This document shows positions 35,987 through 35,987 of a stretch of DNA of 35,987 nt, in pieces. The position numbers were made by a program, and so were the translations under genes. The notes beneath the pieces are model-generated. The model worked only from the letters and a program-made list of their open reading frames with translations. It did no database searches and was not told the DNA's origin. Position 1 is the first letter of the stretch. Each line of letters begins with the position of its first letter. Origin of the DNA: Candidatus Thorarchaeota archaeon (GTDB lineage Archaea > Asgardarchaeota > Thorarchaeia > Thorarchaeales > Thorarchaeaceae). Location of the stretch: positions 1 to 35,987 of the forward strand of contig PRDH01000058.1 of NCBI GenBank assembly GCA_003345545.1. The letters are read 5' to 3'.

Positions 35987-35987
35987 C

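Overview
Archaeal chromosomal DNA at roughly 50% GC (judged by eye). Two TFBs, RadA, XPD, Hel308 and FEN1 show it is archaeal. The GH3 protein, LRR protein, giant Ig-repeat surface protein and tandem Lrp-like proteins suggest Asgard/Thorarchaeota (inference). The main feature is a ~15.8-kb, apparently translationally coupled 15-gene + strand operon (2978-18787). It combines a homologous-recombination/repair toolkit with four membrane proteins. The toolkit is RadA, two short Rad51-like paralogs (one lacking Walker A), an Fe-S XPD helicase, a Hel308-like helicase with an inserted SWIM zinc finger and no C-terminal HhH domain, and a FEN1 paralog. One membrane protein is an anchored HerA/VirB4-fold protein with destroyed Walker motifs. 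This looks like an undescribed membrane-associated DNA import/recombination system, with a parallel to the eukaryotic Shu (SWIM + Rad51 paralog) and HELQ-RAD51-paralog modules. Downstream lie a probable three-gene surface operon (HExxH-less protease homolog, 61-aa ORF, ~2600-aa surface protein) and two paralogous tandem-Lrp-like proteins. A 40-aa ORF missed by the ORF track carries two identical VPTGRPPEPW cores that differ only at synonymous sites, followed by a hairpin and U-tract. Two tandem TFB paralogs follow. No rRNA, tRNA, CRISPR array or mobile element was recognised. All family calls come from motif recognition by eye; no searches were run.
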